64,000 nucleotides of DNA from a virus (Duplodnaviria > Heunggongvirae > Uroviricota > Caudoviricetes). The notes beneath the pieces are model-generated. The model saw only the letters and a program-made list of their open reading frames with translations. It did no database searches and was not told the origin of the DNA. Shown in pieces: positions 1 through 9,880 of this stretch; positions within the stretch are counted from its first letter, which is position 1; every line of letters begins with the position of its first letter. The position numbers were made by a program, and so were the translations under genes. The stretch covers positions 9,293 through 73,292 of IMG/VR virus record IMGVR_UViG_3300032144_000001. One strand, given 5' to 3'.

Positions 1-100
1 TCCTTCTTAGGATAATCTTCTCTCTTAGGAGGAATAGGCTTTATACTATCATAATAACTATTATGAGTATGTAGAAGTATTTCATATGCTTCATCTTCAT

Positions 101-424
101 TCATTTTAAATATATAGTTATATTGTCAAATACTACTTTATCTTTATGAAGAGACACAAAATCACAATGTGTTAAATTTAATATGCCTAATATAGCACCT
201 TCTTTTCCTTCATCTATCTGGTTAGTAAAAGCAAGCTTTCTTATAACTCTAAACATACCATATATAGGAGTTTTATCATATCCTTTATATGGTTCTATTC
301 TATAGAGTCTCTGTCCACATGTATCATCATAAAAACTGAAGAAGTTATTATTAAACTCAACTAATGTTCTTTCTGTCAGATTCTTAGATACATATTTTAT
401 TGCATTGTTGTGTAATTCGTCCAT
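101..424 (-). CDS. hypothetical protein (107 aa)
   Basis: ORF track; tightly packed with neighbours on the same strand; no recognisable motif. Confidence 0.4.
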   Translation of the reverse strand: MDELHNNAIKYVSKNLTERTLVEFNNNFFSFYDDTCGQRLYRIEPYKGYDKTPIYGMFRVIRKLAFTNQIDEGKEGAILGILNLTHCDFVSLHKDKVVFDNITIYLK

Positions 425-436
425 ATTCTTTTAATT

Positions 437-1141
437 TTATATATCTTCAACAAACTTTCCTGTAATCTTCTTATCTGTAACATATGTACTTTTATATTTA
501 CCTGCTTTTCTTAAATGATTAGATAAGCTTGATATAGTACATCCAGCGAATTCACATGCTTTATTCAGACTACTAAATACACCTAATGAATTACCTGAAT
601 TATCGAAGAGTTCTACTTTCTTACCTTTAGCACTTATTTTGTCTTTAATTGAAGGATCAAGACGATGATTGTTTTTTGTATTATCACTTCTAGTAATCCA
701 TCTTAAGTTTTCAGCTCTATTGTCACACTTTATACCATTGATATGATCAACCTGTATACAATCCTTACAAGGAGTAGGTAGAAATGTTGTAGCTATTAGT
801 CTATGAGTTAAATATGTGGTTTTAGCTTTACCTATCAAACTAACTGTATAATAACCCTGAACCATTCTCATCTGATTCATTATTTTAAAGTTATGTTTTA
901 TAGATGATGAAATTCTTCCCATATTAGAAGCTTTATACATACCTTCATATCCAGGTATATCCTTCCAAATCTCTTTAGATTCATCAAATACTATTTGAGG
1001 GAATAAATTTTTCTTTTCTTTAATAAAGAAATTCTCTAAAGCTTCATTTATTATATAAGATTCAGTCTTACCTCTAACTTTTGCAGATTCTTGAATTAAA
1101 TTTAATATTACATCTTTGATTTCAAATGACACTTCTTTCAT
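437..1141 (-). CDS. HNH homing endonuclease with NUMOD4-like N-terminal motif
   Basis: Translation contains DIPGYEGMYKASNMGRI (NUMOD4-like) and VDHINGIKCDNRAENLRWITRSDN (HNH His-Asn motif). Confidence 0.7.
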   Translation of the reverse strand: MKEVSFEIKDVILNLIQESAKVRGKTESYIINEALENFFIKEKKNLFPQIVFDESKEIWKDIPGYEGMYKASNMGRISSSIKHNFKIMNQMRMVQGYYTVSLIGKAKTTYLTHRLIATTFLPTPCKDCIQVDHINGIKCDNRAENLRWITRSDNTKNNHRLDPSIKDKISAKGKKVELFDNSGNSLGVFSSLNKACEFAGCTISSLSNHLRKAGKYKSTYVTDKKITGKFVEDI

Positions 1142-1180
1142 ACTATTTTACATTTTTTCGATGTAAAAGTACAAATTAGT

Positions 1181-3151
1181 TTAGAATAAAGCAAGTTGAT
1201 CAGGATCTTTTTTTACATTTTTAATACCTTTTACTTTACTTATTATCTTATTACATTCCTCAATATAATAAGTCATATTAATATTATCCATAGGATGATC
1301 CTTTTTAAGCTTATTACATACATAACATAACCACTCACCAGCCTCTACTTGGCTAACTGGAGCAGCATTAGTTTGACATTCAGGATTCTTAATCTTAAGA
1401 AGCTTTTCACCCTCCAGAGATACGTAATATCTTATTAGTTTTTGATATACAGAAGTTCCCTTTTTGGACTTACCTTCATAATGAAAATCCTTAGAAGCCT
1501 TCTGACGTATACAAAAATCGTATATATTCGTATGTTTACGTATCGTTTCTTCTATAGGTACATTATTGATAAAATATTCTTTTAGAGCAATAGGAACTAT
1601 TCTTTTGGATTTATTCTTATTAATCTCCTTATCTATCTCAAAATCACCTTTTTCTTTAGTTTTACCATCCATTTTAAGGGCTAGATAATCATTTACAGAA
1701 GTTTGAGCTATCCATTGAAAATCTGTATACTCAAAATTACCTAGAGTATCATTTCCTATTACTTTTTCCCATCCGGATAGAAGAGATTTGAATTCTTCCT
1801 CTCTATCTTTTTTAATTATAACATCAAAACCATCAGTATTTAAGCTAATTACCCTAAAACCTTTTAAAAGAAGATCTTCTACTACCATTAGAATCTCTAA
1901 TTGACCACCCATAGTAACCTGTAGCATACCAATAGGATATTCTTGCCAATCACCTTTAGTATTTAATCTACCATAAGAACCTCCATTTAAAGCTAACTTA
2001 CCCATTTTCTGGAGAGAATTAAACTTAGGATCTTTAGTTTCTCCATATAATTTCTTATACTTAAGGCGTCTATCAATCTTTGAAACAATAAGTTCATTCC
2101 ATCCAGGTAAATGATCAGGATTTACTTTATATTTTCTAATACCATTCGGATATTGCGAACCTATATCACATTGTATATATTTCTCATCTTCTAGTGGCTT
2201 TAAAAATCTACCTTTCTCATTACTGTGAATACCTCCCTTGGCTATAGTAGCAGTTAATTCTTCATTAAATTTATATTTAAACTCTTGCTTTTCATTTAAA
2301 ACATAAGTCTCCCCTAACTCCTTAACAAAGTTTTGAAGCTCTTTAGATTGAAATTTAACCCATTTAGGAAAGAATTGTTTGAATTTTTTGCCATAGAAAT
2401 GCTTAATTTGTTTAGGTTTTAAATCTCTTTCATTTCTACCAGAAGCTTTAATGTAATCTAGCTTATTCCATTCTGCACCAATTTTAACATCATCCCAATT
2501 TAAGCATTTTAGACCAAATTCCTTCTCCATAGCTAATCTATCAGCTAACTTATCCTCACCTTTATAAAGCTTCATATCTGTCTGACCTCTAGTTATGAGG
2601 TAAAACTGATAAGTAGCCCAGATATCATTCTCACAATAATCATCTATTAATTTGATATCTGCTTGGGTGAGATTTTCTTGACTATGATGTATGGGCATTT
2701 CTTCAATATTCTCCATATCCATAGCATATTCTAATGCTTTTAAACTGGTTCTTCTATTCTCATTATTAAAATGCCAGATAGTAAATAGATCAACTTGCTT
2801 TAAAGTTAACCAATCCTCTCTATATTCAGGGAATAATTCATAATTAGAATTATCTATAGTATCCTGAGCTTTCTGCCAGATACTTCTAGATATCTCTAAT
2901 CCTTCTAAATCATGCCATTTTTCATAATTTCTTATAATCCATTCAATTACTTGGCTATCAAATTTAAGGTTATTAAATCCAACCCAGTAATAGTCTTTAT
3001 AAGTTTCTGTAAACTTAATAAAACCATCAAGTGTATTTTCCCATTTATTTACTCCAAATTTAAACCATTTCTTTGTATCTGGATCATATAACTTAATCAG
3101 AAAATACTCTTTTAGAGTCTCGATGTCATATATAATAACCTTTATATCCAT
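1181..3151 (-). CDS. DNA polymerase, family B (compact, 656 aa)
   Basis: Exo I YDIET, Exo II FNNLKFD, Exo III YCEND; Pol motif A DIGSQYPNG, motif B KLALNGGSYG, motif C-like NTDGFD. Confidence 0.8.
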   Translation of the reverse strand: MDIKVIIYDIETLKEYFLIKLYDPDTKKWFKFGVNKWENTLDGFIKFTETYKDYYWVGFNNLKFDSQVIEWIIRNYEKWHDLEGLEISRSIWQKAQDTIDNSNYELFPEYREDWLTLKQVDLFTIWHFNNENRRTSLKALEYAMDMENIEEMPIHHSQENLTQADIKLIDDYCENDIWATYQFYLITRGQTDMKLYKGEDKLADRLAMEKEFGLKCLNWDDVKIGAEWNKLDYIKASGRNERDLKPKQIKHFYGKKFKQFFPKWVKFQSKELQNFVKELGETYVLNEKQEFKYKFNEELTATIAKGGIHSNEKGRFLKPLEDEKYIQCDIGSQYPNGIRKYKVNPDHLPGWNELIVSKIDRRLKYKKLYGETKDPKFNSLQKMGKLALNGGSYGRLNTKGDWQEYPIGMLQVTMGGQLEILMVVEDLLLKGFRVISLNTDGFDVIIKKDREEEFKSLLSGWEKVIGNDTLGNFEYTDFQWIAQTSVNDYLALKMDGKTKEKGDFEIDKEINKNKSKRIVPIALKEYFINNVPIEETIRKHTNIYDFCIRQKASKDFHYEGKSKKGTSVYQKLIRYYVSLEGEKLLKIKNPECQTNAAPVSQVEAGEWLCYVCNKLKKDHPMDNINMTYYIEECNKIISKVKGIKNVKKDPDQLALF

Positions 3152-3152
3152 A

Positions 3153-3368
3153 TTATAACCATTTAGGTGGTTTTCTATTATCTATATAATCTAAAAATGT
3201 AGCTAATCCATATATAAATAAACATACAATTATAGTAGCCCATGATAATAATGAACAGAACAAAGATAAACCAACATCACTCCATTCATTATCATTATTC
3301 TCATCTCTACCTATTTTACATACAATCCATACTATTGTAAATCCTACAAGCCATATCCAGAAAAACAT
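3153..3368 (-). CDS. small membrane protein (71 aa)
   Basis: ORF track; two hydrophobic segments; overlaps neighbouring ORF ends. Confidence 0.35.
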   Translation of the reverse strand: MFFWIWLVGFTIVWIVCKIGRDENNDNEWSDVGLSLFCSLLSWATIIVCLFIYGLATFLDYIDNRKPPKWL

Positions 3369-3751
3369 AATTCCTCCTCTTTTATACTTAAAACTACTTT
3401 ACCTTCCAAAAGAAATGGTTTATTATTATCCATTTCTATCATTAATTTACCTTCATTTTCTAAAACTGAATTAAACCATTCAATGGTTACTTCTTCAGTT
3501 TGACCATCTTCATCACAAATATAACCTATTTGTTCATAACTAGCAAGTGTATGACTCTTTCCTCCATATAAGCTGACAATATAAGGTAATACTGGTTGAC
3601 CTAGTGCTTTTAATGTGTTTTCTTGATCTTTGGGTGTTTTGTCCAGTTCATATATAAAGCTTTTGTCATCTGCTGTCAAATAAAATAGCATTCCTTTTTT
3701 GAGTTTTTTAGGAGAATAACTTCTAAATGTTAAAATAGCTTCTATTAGCAT
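3344..3751 (-). CDS. hypothetical protein (135 aa)
   Basis: ORF track. Confidence 0.4.
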   Translation of the reverse strand: MLIEAILTFRSYSPKKLKKGMLFYLTADDKSFIYELDKTPKDQENTLKALGQPVLPYIVSLYGGKSHTLASYEQIGYICDEDGQTEEVTIEWFNSVLENEGKLMIEMDNNKPFLLEGKVVLSIKEEELCFSGYGL

Positions 3752-3776
3752 ATGGTTTATTATATAAAGGTTAGAA

Positions 3777-3810
3777 ATAAAAAAGGAGAGTACATTTTTG
3801 TACCCTCCTC
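3777..3810 (-). terminator. putative intrinsic terminator (hairpin GGAGAGTACA/GTACCCTCC plus T-run on minus strand)
   Basis: Inverted repeat followed by A-run on plus strand (T-run on minus), downstream of ORF 3832..4137. Confidence 0.4.
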
Positions 3811-3831
3811 CCTGTAATAAAACGATGAAAA

Positions 3832-4137
3832 TTATCCTAAGAATTCAGCTTTTTCATTAGCTAAATCTTCTTGTGCTTGTTTTAAAGTACGAACTTTTCC
3901 TTGAAGATCAATTAGTCGTTGTACATAAGAAGAAAGATTACCTTCGTTCTTAGCTGCATTTACAAAAGCTTCACGGGCAGAAGTTTGTTCTGCTTGAGCA
4001 CCCAAAAGTTGCTCTTCAATAGAATCTTTTGCGCTTTCAAATGCACGATTAGCACGTTTGATAGTAAAAGGACGTTTTACTGCTTCAATTGCACCGTCAA
4101 TAATTGATTCAAGGAGTGATTGTTTCTTGTCTGCCAT
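3832..4137 (-). CDS. hypothetical coiled-coil protein (101 aa)
   Basis: ORF track; heptad-like charged sequence. Confidence 0.4.
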   Translation of the reverse strand: MADKKQSLLESIIDGAIEAVKRPFTIKRANRAFESAKDSIEEQLLGAQAEQTSAREAFVNAAKNEGNLSSYVQRLIDLQGKVRTLKQAQEDLANEKAEFLG

Positions 4138-4142
4138 AATAA

Positions 4143-6206
4143 TTAAATTTTAATTGTTTTTTGTTGATTTACTTTAATTTTAACTTCATCCTGTGATGGT
4201 TTAAGTGTCACAGGTACACTTGTTTTAATTTTAAGTTCTAATACTTCTGCATTTACTTGTATAATTGGTTTAATTATTGAACATTCATCTGGTGTTAATG
4301 GGTGTTTTGTAATATAAGGATCATATCCTACTGAATACATACTATGAATAGGTATATCCTCTTGCTTTAAAGTAACTGTAATAGTTCCTTTATCTGTTCC
4401 TGGATATGAAGGTATTTCATGAGGTTCAGCTTTTCGTATATTATCAATATCAGTAGAATAATTTGGTTCTGGGCGAATATAAGTGATTCCTAAATTTCTA
4501 AATATTTCATATATTTGCCAAGCTTCTCCTCTAGAATACTTATTATCAGGACCTTTATAGTGCCATCCTAATACCCAATCACCTACTTTAGGAACCCACT
4601 TTTCATCTTGAACTATTTCAGCCCATTTACCTTGCTTATAAATACTCCATTTACTATCAGTACTATTTATGATAGAATCAGATTCCAAAAGAATATCACC
4701 CTTATCTACTATAAAATTTTGACCTTTTACTTTTTTAACTTGCCTATCTGGAGCAAAAGATACAAAACTAGTACCAACAGGATACCTACGTTTAGCCTCT
4801 TTTATTAAAAATTCCTTATCTTTAGAAGGTTCTACATATTTGCCAGCTTTCTCACAGGCTTCAAAATGAGCTTTTTCTTCAGGAGTAGCTAAACGAATAG
4901 ATTTAACTTGTGAAATATCACCCCAATTATCTGAAGGATAATAACACTTGATATTTTTAAAAGCAACAGAAGAAGCTAATATATGTTCATTATCTTTTCC
5001 ATTTAATCCTTTAAATTTAATTATCCATTTTTCTAAATTAGACTGTGTTAGGTAGTAATACTCTCCAGGTATAAGACTAACTCCACATACTGTATTAGAT
5101 TTAGTTTCTGGTTTATAACCAAATTTAGTACACCATTCATCAAAAGAATAGACTTTGTAGTTTTTATTTAGGTAGTAATTATGATGTCCAAAGTTATCTT
5201 TATTATCTAAATTTATACAATCTGAATAACCATAGCTATCTTTTGCTCCCTGATATGAAACTGACACTGGGAGTTTAGTCCTTACAAATTCCCATTGTTC
5301 GGAATTAGTGCAATGAACTGCTTCACCAACATACTTCCTCTCTTCTACAGGAAATATAATATCAGAGAATTCAACATTAATATATTCTTCTCCTCTATAG
5401 TTTGTACCACTATATGGACCTGTTCTTTTACCATTTTGACCACAAAGATAATAATTACTCTCATTATTATAGTAATCTAATAGCCCCTTTTGTAACTTAT
5501 TTAGTTTTTCATGTTCTTCTCTAGAAGTAATATGAATAGCTATAGGATACTTAAGTTCACTTAAATGATATTGTTTTCTCATTTCTATCTCTTTTGGTTT
5601 ACTAGCTGGACCCTGAAAATCTTCTGACATTAACTTTGGTAACTTACCTTCAAAATTAGTAGGTTGTCCAACATTATGAAGATCATAACTGTCACTACTA
5701 CCTTCAACATATATTAAACCAGTATCATAATGATCTTTTATCTTAAAGTATTTATCTTTATAATAATCATATATCCATCTACCTACATAAGATATCTCTT
5801 TTGGTTTATTCTGATCATCAAAAGCTTCCTTGGTAGAAGGTTCAAAATATGTACATCTTGATTGTTTGTGGGTATGATTAAGTCCAAAATACACAGAAAT
5901 TTCTACACCTTTATCATTTATCACATAAAGATAGTCCCTCTCTACTTTTACGGTCTTATATACTTTACCTTTTTCAAGACCTTCATACTTAGATTCATTC
6001 TTTATACATTCTACATATTCAGGAATCTTATTCTCTTTGATTTTATCAACATGTCCCTCAGGTAAATATTGTTGTATTTCAGATATATCCACAGGTACAA
6101 TTTCAATCATATCGTGTAATTCACTTTGACTTTTATCATATCCTGACATTCCACCTGCATTATTCCGTTTAGCCTCTTCAAATAAGGCTTCTTGTTCTTT
6201 TGTCAT
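4143..6206 (-). CDS. hypothetical large protein (687 aa)
   Basis: Long uninterrupted ORF; no motif recognised by eye. Confidence 0.5.
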   Translation of the reverse strand: MTKEQEALFEEAKRNNAGGMSGYDKSQSELHDMIEIVPVDISEIQQYLPEGHVDKIKENKIPEYVECIKNESKYEGLEKGKVYKTVKVERDYLYVINDKGVEISVYFGLNHTHKQSRCTYFEPSTKEAFDDQNKPKEISYVGRWIYDYYKDKYFKIKDHYDTGLIYVEGSSDSYDLHNVGQPTNFEGKLPKLMSEDFQGPASKPKEIEMRKQYHLSELKYPIAIHITSREEHEKLNKLQKGLLDYYNNESNYYLCGQNGKRTGPYSGTNYRGEEYINVEFSDIIFPVEERKYVGEAVHCTNSEQWEFVRTKLPVSVSYQGAKDSYGYSDCINLDNKDNFGHHNYYLNKNYKVYSFDEWCTKFGYKPETKSNTVCGVSLIPGEYYYLTQSNLEKWIIKFKGLNGKDNEHILASSVAFKNIKCYYPSDNWGDISQVKSIRLATPEEKAHFEACEKAGKYVEPSKDKEFLIKEAKRRYPVGTSFVSFAPDRQVKKVKGQNFIVDKGDILLESDSIINSTDSKWSIYKQGKWAEIVQDEKWVPKVGDWVLGWHYKGPDNKYSRGEAWQIYEIFRNLGITYIRPEPNYSTDIDNIRKAEPHEIPSYPGTDKGTITVTLKQEDIPIHSMYSVGYDPYITKHPLTPDECSIIKPIIQVNAEVLELKIKTSVPVTLKPSQDEVKIKVNQQKTIKI

Positions 6207-6388
6207 GTTTCTTTATTTACAGTTAAGTAATATCTATATAGATCATCTAAAGTATATTCTCTATCAAAAGGAAAACATGTCTTTTCCCAAAGAATAAAGT
6301 CACACTCATCGTCCTCAGCATTAGGAAAGTAATATTTTATAGCTTCTTTCCATGTCATATTGGTAATATCTATTAATTTCTCTTTCAT
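6203..6388 (-). CDS. hypothetical protein (61 aa)
   Basis: ORF track; start overlaps upstream stop. Confidence 0.3.
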   Translation of the reverse strand: MKEKLIDITNMTWKEAIKYYFPNAEDDECDFILWEKTCFPFDREYTLDDLYRYYLTVNKET

Positions 6389-6389
6389 A

Positions 6390-6596
6390 TTAATAACAAG
6401 CTAAACCAACATAATTATCTTCAGGAACTGAATAGTATGAGAATTCAACAGTTATAGTTTCCTTCTTTTTGTCAAGTTTAACTACTTTCTTCACAGAACT
6501 TTCAGCATTAATACTTTCAAGAGCATCTTTTAATGTATTAAGTATTGTTTCTTTAATTTCTTTATCTGTTTTCATATACCAGTTCGTTTTTTCCAA
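6390..6596 (-). CDS. hypothetical protein (68 aa)
   Basis: ORF track. Confidence 0.3.
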   Translation of the reverse strand: MEKTNWYMKTDKEIKETILNTLKDALESINAESSVKKVVKLDKKKETITVEFSYYSVPEDNYVGLACY

Positions 6597-7195
6597 TGAG
6601 AAAGGAATTTCTTTTGAGATGGATCTCTCTTAGCTATATTCTCATAGAATATTAACCTTTTTTGTCTTAATATTGAGAGATATATTGAATCATTAATATG
6701 ATTAATAGAATGTATAGTTAATGAATCTAATTTATCAGTGATAGGTATGGATATTCCAGCTTGGTTAATAGTCCTTTGAATTATTCTTACACCTGTGGAA
6801 GGACTATTTATTCTTATATCTAGGGTATTATTGGCTACTTCTTGATCTTTTAACACATAAAATTGTTCTTTTACCCAAATTGTCAAGTAGTAATCTAAAA
6901 CCCAATAATCAAGTTCTGGAATATGGGTGTTCCATACTATATCACCTTTTTTCTTATATTCATTTATATACTTCCAACCATACCAATCAGGATTATACTT
7001 TCTAGTAATTCCTGCATAAGTCTCCCCACCTTTATCATCCGGATGATTAACGTAATACCCTTCATGATTAAGAATATGTTTTAAGGATAATCTAAAATCA
7101 GCCTTGGATACCACTTCGTATTCTATGGTAGGAATACTAGCCTCTTTGGTCTTAAATGGTATGAAAAATAATATTAATAATACAATATATCTCAT
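6572..7195 (-). CDS. GH108-family lysozyme (endolysin-like) with N-terminal signal/SAR segment
   Basis: HEGYYVNHPDDKGGETYAGIT matches the glycoside hydrolase family 108 signature; hydrophobic N-terminus MRYIVLLILFFIPF. Confidence 0.7.
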   Translation of the reverse strand: MRYIVLLILFFIPFKTKEASIPTIEYEVVSKADFRLSLKHILNHEGYYVNHPDDKGGETYAGITRKYNPDWYGWKYINEYKKKGDIVWNTHIPELDYWVLDYYLTIWVKEQFYVLKDQEVANNTLDIRINSPSTGVRIIQRTINQAGISIPITDKLDSLTIHSINHINDSIYLSILRQKRLIFYENIAKRDPSQKKFLSHWKKRTGI

Positions 7196-7358
7196 AATAT
7201 GAGTTTAAGTGAAACATAGTAAAAAGAAAAACCTTCTTACCTCTTACCTGTAAAATCTCGAACCAACAATAGCTCTTTAAATGGAGCTTTTGGTAGTCTG
7301 TTGATAACATTCATAACCCTGTATGAACTGCTACCTAATACCTTATTTATACCTGTTT

Positions 7359-7856
7359 TCATGCTACTACTAATTGTCTTTTTGTGAATATTGGATTTTC
7401 TACTACTTCTCCCTTCTCTATATGAAGTTCTTTTAAAGCTTCTAATGTTACTTCCATAGCTCTAAATAGTCTATCTTCATAATCATGTAACATTTTTACC
7501 TCAAAAGGATACATTTTGATCCATTTATTATGAAGAGTATTTAAAAATAAGTCTTCAAGATATATAATATCCTCTATAGTGTAGAAGCTATTAACCTCCT
7601 CTAAAGCTAAATTAGACTGTTTTATAGTCTCCTCTGAAAAGAAGTATATCTCTTTATGACCTCTACCATTTTCATCAAAGCTTCTAGCACAAGCCCAACC
7701 ACTTTTTCCATTTAACATATTACCTATAAAACAAGCACATGGTTTAAATGGGTTTAATTCATTTCTCATATATGCACCTACTATCTTGTTATACATTTCA
7801 AGATAAGTAGGGTTAGTTGTCGAAGAATTCATCTTTTTTGAATTTATTTTTAACAA
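7359..7856 (-). CDS. hypothetical protein (165 aa)
   Basis: ORF track. Confidence 0.4.
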   Translation of the reverse strand: MLKINSKKMNSSTTNPTYLEMYNKIVGAYMRNELNPFKPCACFIGNMLNGKSGWACARSFDENGRGHKEIYFFSEETIKQSNLALEEVNSFYTIEDIIYLEDLFLNTLHNKWIKMYPFEVKMLHDYEDRLFRAMEVTLEALKELHIEKGEVVENPIFTKRQLVVA

Positions 7857-8139
7857 ATTTAAAATTATTATTGACTCTTTGTGATTCTCTCAATATCTCT
7901 CCTACTACGTATAGTACAAAAGATATAAAGAGCAATATGAGACTCACTATAACCATAGTATTTCTACTGGTTATTAGTCCGTAAAAGGTGAACCAGAACC
8001 CAAATCCACTGAAAACAACTGCTATTGAAATGAGTATTTTCCATAGATTGGAACTTTTCTTTTTACCTAATTTTGATCCATTCCAACTAGTAACAGACCA
8101 TTTTCCATCTCTTTTCTCTAATTCCATACTATTCTTCAA
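7813..8139 (-). CDS. membrane protein (108 aa), holin/spanin candidate
   Basis: Two transmembrane-like segments; adjacent to lysozyme gene. Confidence 0.35.
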   Translation of the reverse strand: MKNSMELEKRDGKWSVTSWNGSKLGKKKSSNLWKILISIAVVFSGFGFWFTFYGLITSRNTMVIVSLILLFISFVLYVVGEILRESQRVNNNFKFVKNKFKKDEFFDN

Positions 8140-8386
8140 TTTTAAAGTAGTATACAGGTCTTATTTTAAAGGTAATAAGTGAGCAAACGAATGCTAATAA
8201 AGCTAATGGGCCAAATATTATCATTATTAGAACCAGCCATCTGAACCATTTCATATCCTTTTCACCTTGTTTACTCTTCCAATAATCCTCTCCATTTTTA
8301 AGGTAAAAATACCTCTTAAAAGAGTTATAAACGACATTCCAGGTAAATATACCTGAAAATATCCATAGTATTACAATTGATATCAT
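8129..8386 (-). CDS. membrane protein (85 aa)
   Basis: Two hydrophobic helices; overlaps neighbouring genes. Confidence 0.35.
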   Translation of the reverse strand: MISIVILWIFSGIFTWNVVYNSFKRYFYLKNGEDYWKSKQGEKDMKWFRWLVLIMIIFGPLALLAFVCSLITFKIRPVYYFKIEE

Positions 8387-8388
8387 AA

Positions 8389-8871
8389 TTATGCGTATCT
8401 ATATATAAAATCACACCATATATATTTTGATTGTACAGTATCCAAAGGAATAGCAGGTTTATTACCAATTCTCCAAAAACCAGTTGGTTTTGAAGCTCCA
8501 AGTTCATCCAGATCATCTTTATCAAAGTAGTTATCATAGATAATACCATCTTTCAAGTAAGATAAGTGTTCATCAAACATTATTAAATGAATACCTCTTT
8601 GATTAAGAAGAATATACTCCCGTAAAGTAATACCCTTACCAGGAGTATATTCAGCACTTTGTTGTAAAGACTTACATATTACATTAATAAGCTTCTTACA
8701 TTGAAAGAAAGTAAGTCCATCTGAATGATTCCGTACTTTAAGTATATCAAGGATTATACCTATACTCTTTGGATTCATATCAAAAGCAGAAGCTATTGCT
8801 ATATGAGCACAGCTTCCATGCTCAAAATCCCAATCAGGATTATCCCGTACTATTATAATATTTTCCTTCAT
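8389..8871 (-). CDS. hypothetical protein (160 aa), possible Cys/His peptidase-like
   Basis: ORF track; GSCAHIAIA ... IHLIMFDEH arrangement is only weakly suggestive. Confidence 0.4.
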   Translation of the reverse strand: MKENIIIVRDNPDWDFEHGSCAHIAIASAFDMNPKSIGIILDILKVRNHSDGLTFFQCKKLINVICKSLQQSAEYTPGKGITLREYILLNQRGIHLIMFDEHLSYLKDGIIYDNYFDKDDLDELGASKPTGFWRIGNKPAIPLDTVQSKYIWCDFIYRYA

Positions 8872-8993
8872 GTGTTTGTAGTTTAAAGGTTACAGGCTAT
8901 AACTGTTAATCTGCCTTTGAAAGATCAGCTTGAGTTCCACACCAATACACTTGTGTTTCTGTGTTTTCGGGTATATTGGTTTACTATAGTATC

Positions 8994-9272
8994 TTATATT
9001 TGAATTTGAGATGCTTTAACAACACTTTGTTTGAGTTGTTCAATTGATTCATTGAATCTTCTGCCATAATCAACTAGATTAGTAAAAACGTAATCTTTCT
9101 CTAAAGATTGTATTTTACGAATTGTAGATGCATAGTCTATTGCAGGAATTTTCTGTCCAATTTCTATTTTATCAGGAGATTTACCCATCACTGCATTTAA
9201 TATCTCCTTTACTTCCTGTTCAGTTGCATTAATAAGTACTCCTGTTCCAGATGTTTTTGCTATTATTTCCAT
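8994..9272 (-). CDS. hypothetical protein (92 aa)
   Basis: ORF track. Confidence 0.4.
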   Translation of the reverse strand: MEIIAKTSGTGVLINATEQEVKEILNAVMGKSPDKIEIGQKIPAIDYASTIRKIQSLEKDYVFTNLVDYGRRFNESIEQLKQSVVKASQIQI

Positions 9273-9276
9273 AGTT

Positions 9277-9438
9277 TTATTTTCTAAATATTAAATTACC
9301 ATCTAAAGGATTAACTGAGAAGGTCATTTGATTCAATACAAGCTTATCTTTTCCTTTAATATCATCTTTATGGAATTCAGATGCTTGTCTACGTTGTTCT
9401 TTGGTCAAATATGACCATTTAATCTTTAATGTCATCAT
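9277..9438 (-). CDS. small ORF (about 53 aa) not in ORF track
   Basis: Manual translation MMTLKIKWSYLTKEQRRQASEFHKDDIKGKDKLVLNQMTFSVNPLDGNLIFRK; fills gap between flanking genes. Confidence 0.3.
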   Translation of the reverse strand: MMTLKIKWSYLTKEQRRQASEFHKDDIKGKDKLVLNQMTFSVNPLDGNLIFRK

Positions 9439-9571
9439 AATCAATTAATTAATACTTTAATTTGATCCTCCAGTTCCTTTATCCTCCTGTGTCTCTCTGA
9501 TAACTGGGATTGAAGGGGTTTTCAGCCCCAATAGCTGTCTGTCTTCAAGCGGAAGAGAGCTTTTTATTTCT

Positions 9572-9802
9572 TTAGCAAGGCGCTGGTCCGTAGACCGAGC
9601 AAATAGAACCCGAAAAGCAGCATACGCACATTCCCTGTGCATTAAAACAGCTTGGAACGTCAGGAGGTAAAACCGTATTGGTTATATCCTGAATTTCTTC
9701 GCGGGTGTACTCCTTACCGGATTCCAGCTTACGTTTTACTTTAGGCTCCTCACTACAGGAGAAAGCTAAAATGATTAATGAGAGTGTGATTAGTTTTTTC
9801 AT
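9572..9802 (-). CDS. putative lipoprotein (76 aa), Cys-rich C-terminus
   Basis: Signal peptide with lipobox LAFSC; C-terminal half is encoded by unusually GC-rich DNA. Confidence 0.55.
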   Translation of the reverse strand: MKKLITLSLIILAFSCSEEPKVKRKLESGKEYTREEIQDITNTVLPPDVPSCFNAQGMCVCCFSGSICSVYGPAPC

Positions 9803-9844
9803 AGTTTTTTAATTTATTTTTGCAAAGTTAACAAAATTATTTAT

Positions 9845-9880
9845 AAATAAAAAAGCCTCTAAGTTTTATTTAGAGGCTTG
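9845..9880 (-). terminator. intrinsic terminator (AAGCCTCTA ... TAGAGGCTT hairpin plus T-run on minus strand)
   Basis: Perfect 9-bp inverted repeat; A-run on plus means T-run on minus, downstream of 10152..10547. Confidence 0.55.

Noticed and set aside
9457-9642. ORF 9457..9642 (61 aa) overlapping the lipoprotein gene
   Set aside because: It has no signal or features, and overlaps the lipoprotein ORF, which has a clear signal peptide and lipobox.
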